Below are positions 26,133 to 40,692 of a stretch of DNA of 64,000 nt, one piece after another. Made by a program: the position numbers and the translations under genes. Within the stretch, counting starts at the first letter, position 1. Each line of letters opens with the position of its first letter. Under the pieces are notes generated by a model. The model did not search any database. It was not told the origin of the DNA and worked only from the letters and a program-made list of their open reading frames with translations. Origin of the DNA: Malacoraja senta (Eukaryota); NCBI GenBank assembly GCA_038087875.1, contig CM075987.1, forward strand, positions 16,246,001 through 16,310,000, written 5' to 3'.

Positions 26133-27519
26133 ATCAGTGCTTGTCAGTCACTGCATCCTGATGATCAGTGTCCAGGGGCATAAGCACAAGGGTATGTAAA
26201 GTACAGTGAAAGGGGTCAGCTCGTACAGTGAAATGCTTTTGTGGCGTGCTGACCAGACAGCGGAAAGACAATACATGATTAACACATTGTGTTTCACACG
26301 TGTTCAAACCATTGTTATCATTATCCCACTTGCCCAGTGCAGGCAAGAGGAAAGAGCAATCACAGCGGATGTACATGAGAGAGAGAATAGGTTGCAGAGA
26401 AAGAAGGAAAGACTATTGGGAGGAACCTACACCCGAAGGGCTGAATGGCCTCCTTCTGCATCATAGCAAGTGAGCACCTAAATCAAAATTAAAAAAAGAA
26501 TGTTAAATCTCCATCAGGCACCAGTTTAGCTGGAATACTCTGTCTGCTTCTGGGCAAACACTTCAGGAAGGTGTACGAGTGCTGACATTTCCAGAATTGC
26601 AATCACATACAGTATATTTGCACAGGTACATAGATAGAAAAGGATTAGAGGGATGTGAGCAGATGGGACTAGTTTAGATGGGACTTCTTGGTTGCCATGG
26701 ATGAGTTGGGCTGAAGGACTGGTTTCCCTGCTGTGTGACTCTGCGGATACAAGGAAGAGAGAACTTCGGTTACGTGTACAGTCTAGACTGCGGTAGCAAG
26801 ATGTAGATGTCAGGGAAGTACAGATGCTGAATCTTGAACAAAACACTGAATGTTGGTGGAACTTAGCAGCTCAGGCAGCATCTGAGGAGGGAATCGGCAG
26901 GCGGTGTTTCAGGTGGGCCCTTTCTTCAGAGTCTGAAGAAGGGTCCTGACCCAATACGTCGCCTGTCCATTCCCTCCAAAGATGCTGCCTGACCTGCTGA
27001 ACCTCTCCAGCACTGGTGTGTTTTCGGTGTCAGTGGAGGTGGTGCAAACTAGAATGAGTTTTGACGGGAATAATTAATAAGAAACCATTGGCCCCTGTAG
27101 AGAATCTGAGAACAATGACAAAAGAATTACTTAGAGATGGGAAATGCTTTTAGCCTGAAAACCACATTGGGATTGCAATTCCTGCCAGGGTGGTGGAAGC
27201 AGAATTGCTGTAACTTTCTGCAGGGATTTGAATAAAATGGTTGATGGAAAAGCACATCAGAACAATGGGGAAAGAGAATGGGGCAAACTGGCTGACTCTG
27301 TCACCGAGTCAGGTCAGTGTGGGATCCAAATGGCCTTTCCCAGTGCTGTGTTCCGGACATCCATGAGTAGTGGACGTTTCCGAGTTTCCCTTCTGCTCCC
27401 GAATCGTCCTCTCTCCCCTACTTGGGCAACGCATGAAAACACCCAGAAAACATTTAAAAACATAACAAGAACATGACAAGTTTTTTTTTTTAAACACTCT
27501 CAGGAATTCTACAAACAAA

Positions 27520-27810
27520 GAGTGATGCAGCTGGTAGAGCTGCTGTCTCACAGCGCCAGAGACCTGGGTTCGATCCTGACCTCAGGTGCTATCTGTGTGG
27601 AGTTTGCACGGTCTGCCTGTGACTCTATGGGTTTCCACCGGGTGTGCCGGGTTCCTCCCACATCCCACAGACATGTGGGTTTGTAGGTTAATTGGCTGCT
27701 GTAAACTGTACCTAGTGTGTAAGGAGTGGATGATAAAATGGGGTAACATAGAACAAGTGTGGGCAGGTGATCAACAGTCAGCATGGACTTGGGGTTATCA
27801 TGCTGTTATC
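27520..27810 (+). mobile_element. HE1-like V-SINE
   Basis: tRNA-like head with GGTTCGATCC and V-domain. Confidence 0.85.
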
Positions 27811-28422
27811 TCACATGCTAGAATCAATTCAGAAATATCAGAACGGTTGACAAGGTCACAACAGCAGAATGCATAGAGAGCAGAGGCTTAGAGGCTCAGG
27901 CTTAGCTCAGTACTTCCATCTAAGGATATGATCCATTGCTTACATTGCTGTCATGTCACCGGAGCTGTGGATTTCAGCAGTGAGTGGACCGCAAAGAAAG
28001 GCATTGTGACACTCGATAAGAATTTAATTGCAGCGCCTGGATACTGTAATGCGAATAGTGTGTGGAAAACACAAAGGGAAAGAGGGACAGGGCAATGAGG
28101 ATTGTGCAAACATTGCTGAGTCAACTGCTTAGACCCCAGACAAAGCATAGCATCTCTCTCGCTGCCTGATACTTTCGGAAACAACGCAAGGTGTTGGTGA
28201 GGGTGCATCAGAATGGTACCAAGGATGCAAATGTTTTATTAAGTGGAGGGACTAAAGGATTGGGACTGTTCTCCACAGAGCTGAGAAGGTTCTCAAAAAT
28301 ACCAGGGTATCAAGCACTGTTTTCCCCTCACAGGAGGGTTGATAAACACAAAGAATTAAGGAAGAAACTCTTTGCACCGTATGCCAGCATGATATAGAAT
28401 GCCTTTAAGTGGGCCCAACTCT

Positions 28423-28552
28423 GCCTGGGAGACCAGGCCAATGAATCATGCCTAACTTGTTTAAAAATTACTTTGTTTATGGTAATAGTTTATCAAAGGG
28501 GTTCAGGCTGGGTTCTGGGGGTCAGCCGGGATTATTTGAAGGAAATAAACAT
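28423..28552. repeat. ~130-bp non-coding segment, copy 2
   Basis: Near-identical direct copy at 26002-26132. Confidence 0.9.
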
Positions 28553-29017
28553 TGCTTGTGCCCTATCAATCTCTACATTAGATGAGGTGCTTGCACTGTC
28601 TAACTGTGCTCTTTACAAACATACTTTGATCTTTCTTTAGGCGAGATTCTGCCGCACTGTTTTTAAGAAAAAAATGAATAAACAACATTCTCTAAAGGCT
28701 TGCAGTATCTGAAAATGAATCACATTTATTTGTCCAACCAGGACTTCAGATTTTGATAGATTCAGCAAGACGGAGGTAAAAAAAAAAAGCTGCTCCTTGT
28801 TTCATATTTGTGACGTACATATTCTATATGGTGTGAACTTGGCTTAATATATTTACAAATTGTTGGTGTACCTGACCAGCTGAGGGATTATGTTATAGGC
28901 AGACTCTACGTCAAGGCGATGTTGAAACGTAAGGGGTCGGGGGCAACACACAACAGCCCCCAGGCCTGAAATCTAAGAGGCTTGGTTCAATCGGACAGCC
29001 TATGCAGGTCATCTACA

Positions 29018-29136
29018 CCAGGTCAGGGAAACCAGGCCAAGGGAGACCAGGTCAGGGGAGACCAGGTCAGGTAAACCAGGTCAACTAGACCAGGTAAAGT
29101 AGACCAGGTGGGAGAAAAGGTCAAGTAACCCAGGTG
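29018..29136. repeat. Degenerate 15-bp tandem repeat (CCAGGTCAGGGGAGA-like)
   Basis: Recurring ACCAGGT with ~15-nt period. Confidence 0.75.
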
Positions 29137-30209
29137 AGAGATCTCCTACTGATAAAAGGAAGCAGCCCGAGAGAAGGGGAACCAGGCAACTACCACATCA
29201 TCACCCATACACCGCAGGATTCGCCTGCAGACAGGTGAGATCCATAAAAGTGAATCCTTGAGGTGTTGCTTAAGAAGGGGACCGACCCTAAACATCACCT
29301 TTCCATGTTCTCCAGAGATGCTGCCTGACCTGCTGAATTACGCCAGCACTTTTTCTTTTGTTTTTGTAACCCAGCATCTGCAGTTCCTGGTGTCTAAGTA
29401 ACCCACACCTTCAAGCTCTGCCACTTCATCCCCCTTTCTTTTAAAGAGTCTTCTCTGCTCAAAGCACATCAACTCGAGGGACTGTTTCAGCAAGCAAGTG
29501 GAGACGAGTGAGAGGAGGATGCATGACGCCATCGCTCCGTACAAGAGCCTCGTCAATGATCGTTGAAGCTGATGTGAGCAGTGGCTTGAAGACAAAGGAA
29601 GGAATGCTGATCAATGGTGACCAGATATTTGGACTGATTCTTTTACTATTAACTGTCCACCGGTACAGTGGAGACACAAAGAACTGCACATGCTGGAATC
29701 TTGAGCAAAACACAATGTGCTGGAGGAACTCAGCTGGTCAGGCAACATTTGTGGAGAGAATGGACAGATGACATTTCAGGTCGGAATCCATCTTCAAACT
29801 GATTGGAGAAGGGGGGAGAAAGCTGGAGAACAGGTGGGGGTGGGGCAAAGCCTGGGAAGAGATCGATTGGGTGATATTCCAGGGTAATAGTCAGCAGTTT
29901 CTACGGCAAAGTCCAGAGTCAATAGAGACACCGGGTCTGGCCAGAGACAGTGACCAGTGATGAAGTTAGTGAGGAATAGCAAGGCTGCGGTCTTACCAAC
30001 ATCCAACCAGTGGAAACTGAGCCAAAGCTGAATACCGCAGAACAAAACATCAGAGGGAGAGGAAGGATCAGGTAGAGTTGGCTGTGGTCAGCATGTCGAT
30101 GGAGGTCATACCATGTCTCCAGATGATGTACCAAGAACCAGAATTCCTATATTTCTACACAAAATGCCGGAGTCATTGTATATAGCCATGAATAAAACAT
30201 TTTGTTGTA

Positions 30210-31113
<904 letters not shown>

Positions 31114-33247
31114 GAGTGCATGCATGTGCCTCCTGTTTGATTTAACTCTGCAAGGCATTATCTGCAATTAAAGCACAGACCACTCGTTTCCATATCATTC
31201 AATCCCACTCCCAGAGTGGTTGATCATCTATGTGGGGGAGGGAGAGTGGAGAATTGCCAAACTAATATATCTCAGTGACAGACCTTCATGCCACGCTTGC
31301 CAATAGATGATTGTTTAAGTCTGTGTGACTTCCCTCACATTGGCAAAGATGGGCACCAGTTTCTCTGAGGGTTCACAATGTAGTAAAAGAGAAGAGTGCA
31401 ACAGCACAGACGGTTTATTCTGGATATTTGGAATTTGTTTTTAAAGAGGCCATGAGATTAAGTCACCTCTGGGAGGCCCCGACATTGCAGCAGTGAAGTG
31501 TTTAACGCGCACAATTGCAACTTTCAGATTTGTAATTTCCACCAGATTTTGCAAGGTGCCTTGCAGAAACTTGCAGCAGAGGCCCAGACCTAGTTTAAAC
31601 AAACACCACAGGCTGGCTGGCTGGCTGTTGACAATGAATAGGTTGGTTTCAGTTCAAGACCCTGCTGGGAGCATGAAAAACTTCACATCCGTCCAGCAAC
31701 ACATTGAGAGCGAGCCAGATTTATTTTTACATAGCCGGACACGCAAATAACATGCATGCATCGTAACAGTAGGAGGGAACCACACCACTATGGGCAATGC
31801 AGTCAACACAACACAACAACAGTCAAGAAAGTTTCCATTAAACTTCTGTTTTACGTTCCATTATCAAAAGTATTGTCTGAGAGGATACTTTCTCCCCATA
31901 TCATTCATTAGAGATTGCAATAAAATGCTGGCTCCTTTATCTTTCTGTTAGACTTGAAAGAATTTTATGGACCGAGTGTGGGGGGAGTGTGATGGAGGGT
32001 GTATGAACTAAGTAGCCTGCCCATTGAAACCAAACGAGAGTGATCTGGCCCGGGAGAGAACTGGTGCGTGTGAACCTCAGCAGCGAGCTGTATTATGCAG
32101 ACATTGCTTGCATTTACACCTGCTCAGGAGCTGAGCTCCAAGACATTATTCTTTCCCAGCCGCCAGTCTTTCCCCTTAATTTGAAAGTTGATTGGGGACT
32201 AGTCCCAGAGTTGTTCCTCCTCCAGTGCCTGACCCACTTAGCTCGTAATGCTGAGGCAGTGAGTAGAAGCTGACTCCCTAACCAGTGCCGGTTTACATAA
32301 CAGATACATAATGTTGGAGTAACTCAGCTGGTCAGGCAGCATCTCTGGAGAACATGAATCGGTGATGTTTGGGGTCAGGACCCTTCTTCAGTCTGGACCC
32401 ATCTATAGATGGTAAAACTGCTGCCTTACAACTCCAGCGACCTGGGTTCATTCCTGACCCCTGGTTTTATGTGGAATTTGATGTTCTTCATGTGGGTTTC
32501 CTCTGGGTGGTCTGACTTCCAACACATTGCAATGGTGTGTGGGTTGGTAGGTACCCAACCCCAATGCAATATTGCCTCTAGTATCTGGAATGAGCTGCCA
32601 GAGGAAGCTGGAGAACCAGATATATTGCAACTTTTAAAAGACATTTGGGCTGATATATGGATAGGAAGGGTTCAGAGTGCTACGGGCCAAATACAGACAA
32701 ATGGGACCTGCCCAGCATGCCAACTTGGTCAGAATGGACAAGGTGGGCCAAAGGGCATGTAGGCTGTGCTATACAGCTCCGTGACTCTAAGGTGGGCGGC
32801 AGAAATGATGAGAATGCCGGGAGAAAAGGTTACAGGGAGAGGCAGTGGGGAAATGAGATTACTCTGCGTGTCGACAGACACCGATGAGCCAAATGGGCTC
32901 CGTCTTTGTCAGAAGGGAAAATAGAACTATGAAAATAAAACAAAAAATGCTGTAAAATGGGTTTCTGATTCACTGTTACTGTTCCCCACCATCACAGGAC
33001 AGATTTCCAGGATCAGATTCTTCTCTGAAGCAGTGAAGACACTCACAAATGGATCACCTGCTGTAGAATGTGACAGGGGTTGTCAAAGGTGCTACATAAA
33101 CGCAATGCATTTTATTTTCATCTTTACAAATTACCAGCAATTTGCTTTCCCTCTCTCATCCTGTGCAGTTATTCTCTCGACCGGATAGTTGGACCATTCT
33201 TGATAAGCCATCTTGCCAACAACCAGTAAAACCGTGTCAAGACATCA

Positions 33248-33805
33248 CAGCACAGTGGAGCAGCTGTTAGAGTCGCTGCCTCACGGCGTCAGAGACCCAG
33301 GTTTGATCCTGCCCTTGGATGCTTTCCATGTGGAATTTTTGAATGCTTTCCCTGTGACCAGGTGGGATTCCTCCGGGTGCTCCGGTTCCCTCCCATATCC
33401 CAAAAGACGTGTGAATTTGTAGGTTAATTGGCCCTCTGTAAATTACTCTTAATGTGTAGGGAGTGGATGCAAAAGTGGGATATTGTAGAATTAGTATGAA
33501 TGGGTGATCGATGGTCAGTGTGAACCTGGAGGGCCTTGGTGAACTTTGTGTCCGAAGAGCCTGTTTCCATGCTGTATCTCTGAAGGTAGACAAAAATGCT
33601 GGGGAAACTCAGCGGGTGCGGCAGCATCTATGGAGCGAAGGAAATAGGCAACGTTTCGGCCCGAAACGTTGCCTATTTCCTTCGCTCCATAGATGCTGCC
33701 GCACCCGCTGAGTTTCTCCAGCATTTGTGTCTACCTTCGAATTTCCAGCATCTGCAGTTCCTTCTTGAACATTGTATCTCTGAACTAAACTAAGCTAAAC
33801 TAAAC
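33248..33805 (+). mobile_element. HE1-like V-SINE whose tail is interrupted by a PLE fold-back element (33585-33772)
   Basis: SINE head and V-domain; TSD TGTATCTCTGAA at 33573-33584 and 33773-33784 around a near-perfect palindrome. Confidence 0.88.
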
Positions 33806-35240
33806 CGGCCTCTTACAGGTAATTAGCTCTGACAGGTAAGATAACGGAGCCAAAGCTATCTTGAAAGCAGTTTGGTTGAATCAATACGTTCAACAATGTT
33901 TTCTCATCCTTGACTTTGCCTTGCATTGTGTTTCTGGTGCAAGTGTACACCAATAACAGCGAGACAAAATGAGCGGACAATTCACCCAACATACTATGTT
34001 ACATCCAAGATACTCCGAAATACAGACACAGTTGTCCTGGCACCCTGAGAATGCCATTGTACTGACGGTGTCCTCTGTGACATCCAGTTTTCGTTGGCAG
34101 CTGTTGGTGTTGGTCAAATTTTAAAGCCCTTCCGATGCTCATCATCTACCACGCTGCTGAAGCTAAGCACGTGTTAGAGGTCAGCCCAGGGGGTGGGGAG
34201 ATGGTTAACTGACCGAGGGCGTTGGAAGGGTGCTGATGGACTTTCCCAGTCCCAAGAGGTGCTCCAGCTTCTGGGTGGTAATTGATGGGAATTTGGGTGA
34301 CAGGGAGAATTGGTGGGGAAGTGAGGTTGGTCAAGGAGCCGACATACACTTGACGGGCCAAATGGCCCCCTTCAATGATGCAAGAGAAAATGGAAATGTG
34401 GAAATACCGATCCCCTCATGGGGGATGGCCCAATACATGTCCACAGGCTTGGAAAATCCCCGAGCTGGGGAATGCAAGGTAAGGAGATGGGCATGAGGGA
34501 TGGGCAGTGAAATATGGGAAGGGCAGAGGAAGGGGAATGAGAAGAACGGGACAGAGAGGGATGGGCGTGGGGAGGGGGGGAGGGATGAGGCCGAGTGGAG
34601 GGGAACTGGGGGGGACGAGGAGTGATGGGGACGGAGAGTGAGGGGGTCGATGAGTGAGAGGGTGAGGGGATCGGAGAGTGAGGGAAACAGAGAGGGTGGA
34701 CAGGAATGAGGACGGCTGGCAATGAAGGGAGGAACTTGAGGGGTGGGGGATTGATGAGTCGGGCAGGGGGGGGGGGATCAAGTCTCAGAACCGAGCTCTG
34801 TGCCAAATCTTGTGCCAAGAAACTACCAATGGAGAAAACATAAACATCAGTTGCTGCCAAAGAAATCGGACTCAGTGACAGAGGACAGGAGTGTATTTCC
34901 ACAACAAGAAAGAACAAAGCCGATTGATAATCAGTAATCTCTGCACTGATCCCATTAACGTCGGGATGAGCAGCCACAGCTCAGTGGGAGGAGGGTTTTC
35001 AGGCACTGCCTTTATCAGCGAGGAGGAAAATGGCCAAGAGATACATTTGACCCAAAGATATTTTCTTGACAGGGTGACACAGACTGTTGTATCCTCTCGC
35101 ACTCTCGCTCCATAAAAGCAGTGTCCTCTTTGTTGACTAGTCCTACACGAGGGGGGTTGATGGAGCAGGGGGTCATGCACAACACAGGGGAGGAAGCGGG
35201 TTAATGAGTGACACCACGTACCAGTCAGGGGTTAATGTCC

Positions 35241-35262
35241 TCAAGGGTCACTTATTGTTATT
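35241..35262 (-). CDS. DNM1: Dynamin-1 short-tail (xb-type) exon coding part, (R)ITISDP*; exon probably 35222-35262
   Basis: TCTTTCAG|A ATA ACA ATA AGT GAC CCT TGA completes the phase-2 AG of the PRD exon to give GVPRITISDP*. Candidate donor CTG|GTACGT at 35221. Confidence 0.92.
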
Positions 35263-37099
35263 CTGAAAGATAATATCAGATAAAGATGGCAGACAGGCAT
35301 GGCCAAAGGTAACAGATCATGAAGACAAAAGACACATGTGCAGCGTTCCCCTTCTGCGGACAATTCTCCATTGTACAAGCAAGTTCAGACCAAGGCCCTC
35401 ACCAACAAATGGTACAGGTACCTAGAGAGGACAGACATTCATTGTCTGGACCAGTGTTATCCATTAACCTTCCACCATGCACCACATCCCAGGAGTGGTC
35501 TTGTTCCACCAACATAGGGAGGGATACACATCAGCTGCAAAAGTCGGAGGTTTCGAGGTGCAGATACCCAGCTGCCAACCTCTGGACGTTGCTGATTGAA
35601 GGCCGAGACCTCCATCCAGGATAAAAATGGGATTGGACAAAGTTCAGGAAAGGAAGCTCTGTCACGGGACCTCCACTTTCCTTGAAGCCTGCTTGCCCGT
35701 TCCCTGGACTCAGTGGCGGTTAACCTGCTGGTGGTTGAGAGAGAGAGACAAGGGGACAGGGAAATGTGGCCCTGAACAATTGTGCCAATAGCATCTCCCC
35801 ACCTCTCTGTGCCGGAAGCCACAGAGAGACCGAGGTCAAGGGAGATGAGTCCCATCAACTCCACCAGCTTGTGTCACGAATCCCACTGGTCTAGACATTG
35901 CATGCCTTGTTTTTTGTGCTAGTTTTTTAGTGATGTGAGTCAATGCTTCCTTAGATGGCGATGCACATTATGTCACAAGGCAATTTACAGAACCTGGATG
36001 TTTGTCCCCTGTAGGAACCCGTACTGGTTCTAGAGCAGTTCAGTCCGGGTCAGTTAGAACCCTTGCCGGTCCCTGCAAAAACAAAAGTCAGGTCATTACT
36101 AACACCGGCCATCTGATTCTTTGCACTCTTTCCCTGCGAACTGCACCCTCCCAGTTCCTCTTCAACGTTTCTCCAAGAATAGTGATCTCCAGATGCCTTG
36201 AGCTCCCTTGCCATTGACATATTGATCTTGGCTTATTACCGAGAGACGGTGACAAACGTTATCAAGACGCTATTATTCCTGCAGGAAATGGACAGCAAGT
36301 TGTGTTCTGCAATGCACAGAGATGGGGGCAGGTTCAACGTAGGGCAAGGGCGAGGAACGCCAATGTATCTACAGATTTTTAACTTGGATAAACTGATCCT
36401 GTAGAACTGGCCACTTGGCGGCAGTGTAACAGAGGTGTAGCTGGACTCGCTGGGATAATTGACACAGTTGGAACAGAAGTGCAACGGAGACATATTAATT
36501 GTGAGTCCTGATTTATATGGTAAATAATAAAACCCAATGATCAATAGTGAAAGGGGAAAGAATTAATAAGAACCTGGGGAGCAACTTTTTCCACACTGAG
36601 TGCAGCGTTTATATGGAACGAGGTGCCAGAGGAAGTCATTGTGGCGGGTATAATAATAACATTTAAACGCCATTTGGACAGGTACATGGATAGGAAATGT
36701 TATGAGGGATACAGATGAGATGCGGCCAATGGGACTAGCGTAGATGGGGCATCTTGGCTGGCTTGGATAAGGTAGGCTAAAGGACCTGTTAATATGCTGT
36801 ATGGCTCTATGACTTCAGTAGGATTGTTGGGACAGTTAGCTAGAGGAGTTAAATGGTTGACCCATACCTGTAAACCAAATTTTCACATCAAGCTGTATCT
36901 TAGCCCTGAAGATTTGAAATATCTGACCAATACTGCAATTAATCACAGACTTAGAGAAGGCTCGATATCATGATCCTTTGACTATTTTCCCCACATTCGT
37001 ACAGAGGATACAAGGAAAAGTGGATTCTGGTGAGCAGGAGATAGTTCCTAGAAAGATTGAAGACAGCATGGGGAAATAACCAGAGGCAAGTGTGCAGAT

Positions 37100-37340
37100 G
37101 GAGTGTGGGAACCAGGGTCCAGTGTGGAGACTAGGGTCCCAGTGTGTGGAGGGAGTGTGGGAACTGGGGTCCAGTGTGTGGAGGGAGTGTGGGAACTGGG
37201 GTCCAGTGTGTGGAGGGAGTGTGGGAACTGGGGCCCCAGTGAGTGGAGGGAGTGTGGGAACTGGGGCCCCAGTGAGTGAAGGGAGTGTGGGAACTGGGGC
37301 CCCAGTGAGTGGAGGGAGTGTGGGAACTGGGGCCCCAGTC
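37100..37340. repeat. Minisatellite, ~32-33 bp unit GGAGGGAGTGTGGGAACTGGGG(T/C)CC(C)AGTG(T/A)GT
   Basis: About 7 tandem units. Confidence 0.9.
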
Positions 37341-38519
37341 TACCTGAAAGGAGGTGTGGGAACCAGCATTCATGAGGCCAATTGCTGAACCCTTTGGTTT
37401 ATCAAAACTGTCAAAAAGCAAATCATCTGAGTTTTACAGTATCTCTGCAGTGGAGAAGAACACCAGTGATGTTATTGGAATGTGCGTGATCCTGGCTCAG
37501 CTTGACAGAGAAAGGGTGAGGTGAAGGTTCCCCTGGTGCAGGGTCCAGAACTAGTGGCTGTTCCTTCCACTTAAGATGCAGATGAGGAGGGATTTTATTT
37601 TCCAGAGGGTCAATTGCCCTTTGGAATTCTGCACCTGAGATAGCATGGGAGGCAAGTCAGTGGATATATTCAAAGCCGGGACAGACATAAGGTCAGAATT
37701 GAGGGCAATGGAGGAGAGGTTGGAATGTGGTTGCCGACAACATCAGACCAATCTTCACAATGTTTGGGGGCGGCTGGCTCGAGTAACACGATTCTAATAG
37801 AAATGTATGAAGTCATACAGCACGGAAACAGGCCTTTCAGCCATACTCATCCTTGCTGATCAAAACATCCCATCTAAGCTGGTCCCATTTGCCCGCATTT
37901 GGCCTACATTTCTCTAATTCCTTTCCAATCCATGCACAGGTCCAAATGTCTTTTAAACGTTGTTATTAAATTTACTTTTAAATAAACCAGTAAAGGAATT
38001 TATGTTGGGTTATATCCGGGAGAATGTAAAGAAAAAGTTATAAGTTGCTGCACCTATTAGCTAAAGCTGGCCTCTGGGGAAAGCTTTGAAGGGGGAAAGA
38101 CGGGAGTTCAACCATCGATCAGGAATGTGAGTCGCGGGTGTCAGGCTGGTCAATGGCTTCACTGTTTCCCTGCGGTTTCATGGTGAATGGGGCCATACAG
38201 GCCAGACTGCTGCTTCCTCCAGCAGACCCAGTAATAAGCACGCCCACTCCACCAGAGGCTCACTTTGGCTGTGCCCTGAGTCGAGTTTTAAAGTCAACCA
38301 CTTTAATGCATTCAAATACCTTGTAAAAATGAAAGCAGTTTGTAGGAATAGCTTGTACAAGAGGCGAGCGAGGAGGTGATATACGTCAGGGGAGGCAGAG
38401 TGAAAGAAAGACGGTGCGAGAAAGGGAGGAAAAGAGGTAGAGTGAACAAGGCAGAGGCAAGTAGACAGGGAGACACACACAGCTGGATCAGTGTACGGCT
38501 TGAAGCAAAGAGAAAGGTA

Positions 38520-39210
38520 CACACACCCACACAGACTCAGGCACACACAGGCAGACACAAGCAGACAGACACACGCAGTCAGGCACACGCAGACAGACAC
38601 ACGCAGACAGACACACGCAGACAGACACACGCAGACACACACAGACAGACACTCGCAGACAGACACACGCAGACAGACACACCCACACAGACTCAGGCAC
38701 ACACCGGCAGACACACGCAGACAGACACACGCAGACAGACACACGCAGACAGACACACGCAGACAGACACACGCAGACAGACGCAAGCAGTCAGACACAA
38801 GCAGTCAGGCACACGCAGACAGGCACACGCAGACAGACACGCTGACACACGCAGACACAAGCAGTCAGACACACGCAGCCAGACACGCAGACAGACACGC
38901 AGACACATGCAGACAAAAGCAGTCAGGCGCATGCAGTCTGGCACACACAGGCAGGCACACGCAGACAGACACACACAGGCAGGCACACGCAGACACAAGC
39001 AGACAGACACACGCAGACAGACACACACAGACAGACACACACAGGCAGACACATGACTACATAAGCAGTCAGACACATGCAGGTAGGCACACGCAGGCAG
39101 GCACACGCAGGCAGGCACACTCACATAGGCACATTCACACTTACGGACACAGACACACACATATACAGGCACACAACCATACAGGCACACAAACATACAA
39201 ACACACACGC
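38520..39210. repeat. Complex CAGA/CACG/CA tandem repeat (UG-rich in the DNM1 pre-mRNA)
   Basis: Recurring GCAGACAGACACAC units. Confidence 0.9.
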
Positions 39211-40160
39211 TAACACACAACTAGATGGAGGCAGGCAATTAAAGAGGAAATGATACAGTAGAAACATAAGTGGAGACGCAGGTAACTACGCAGTGAATAT
39301 ACAAGAGAGACAAACAATACTGGCAAACATGCAAAACAGCCAAAAAGCGCTGGGCACAACTCAAGGTTTGTCACAGTTACAGAGGAAAAGAGAATGTGGG
39401 AGAGATACATGTGGGTCGAGTGAACGGAGAAGTCCAGGGAAAAGAGCACACACAATGTTTGAAAAGCAAGATGGCTTGCAGGAAGAGAGATGGAGTGAGT
39501 GAGTGAGAGAGAGGAAAACACAGGAGAAAAAAGGCAGCTAAACGAGAGAAGAAAACAAGAGCTGGAGAGAGAAAGTGTAGACAAATAATCAGCTGATCCA
39601 TCGATCAGAAGAGCAACTATCGGTTCTATCAGAGAGTCATACAGCGTGGAAACAGGCCCTTCGGCCCAACTTGTCCACACCGGCCAACATAGCCCAACTA
39701 CACTAGTCCCACCTGCCTGCGTTTGGTCCATATCCCTCTAAACCTGTCCTATCCATGTATAGTACCTGTCGAACTGTTTCTTACACATTGGGACTATCTT
39801 TTGGGACTTAAACTATCTTTTTAGCATTTTTCCCTGCCCTCCCTCCATCTGGAGATTCACTGTTACACCTGCAGAAATTGCCCTTCCTGACAGAGATTCA
39901 ATTGTTATCCATTTTGCTTCCCTTCACTGTTGCCTTATTCCAAGCCTTGGTTCCATCTGCCGTACCTGGCTGCTGAGTCCACTCTACAACCCCAGGTGTG
40001 CCGTGAAACGACCACGTGATCTACAGGGAGTGGAGTCCACCAAGCACATAGATCAAATAGGTATATTGATCGCTCAATGTGAGTTGGATCTACTGGAGAT
40101 GAAAGAGATCGTTGGTCTCCTGGAATACTCAAATTATTCTGTTACCGTGGAGTAAAAATA

Positions 40161-40470
40161 GTGGCACAGTGGCACAGCTATTGCCTCACAGCGCCAGAGA
40201 CATGGGTTTGACCCTCACTTTGGGTGCTGTCAGTGAGGAATTGGCACGCTATCCCTATGACTGTGTGGGTTTCCTCTGGGTGCTCAGGTTTCCTCCCACA
40301 TCCCTTACATGTGTGGGTTTGTAGATTAATTGACCTCTGTAAAATTGCCCCTGAGTGTATAGGGAGTAGACGTGATAGTGGGATAATATGGCACTAGTGT
40401 GAAAAAGCGGTCAATGTTTGGCATGGATCCAGTGGACCAAAGGGCTGTTTCCACGCTGTATCTCTGGAAC
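40161..40470 (+). mobile_element. HE1-like V-SINE
   Basis: tRNA-like head, V-domain, LINE tail. Confidence 0.8.
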
Positions 40471-40692
40471 TGGGAAACTAAAACAAAAACAAAATGGGAT
40501 GTTACAATAATATGGACAGTAATATGTTTGTACGAGAACCAGCTATAACCCTTGACCTCTGATCACCCTTGACCCACCATGATGGATAGAGCACCATTTC
40601 AATCAATTTGCAGGGGCAGCACCAGGTCAAGATATTCTGATTGCCTGATCTCCACACCTTGTCCATGCAACACACTTGTGAAGAAGCCTTAC

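Noticed and set aside
35457..35730. NAGNAG acceptor near 35725 as a DNM1 tail exon (similar acceptors near 26250, 27420 and 29585)
   Set aside because: Predicted peptides resemble no dynamin tail I recognise, and such acceptors are common by chance
38178..39220. Multiple 170-240 aa ORFs
   Set aside because: Translation of a complex tandem repeat
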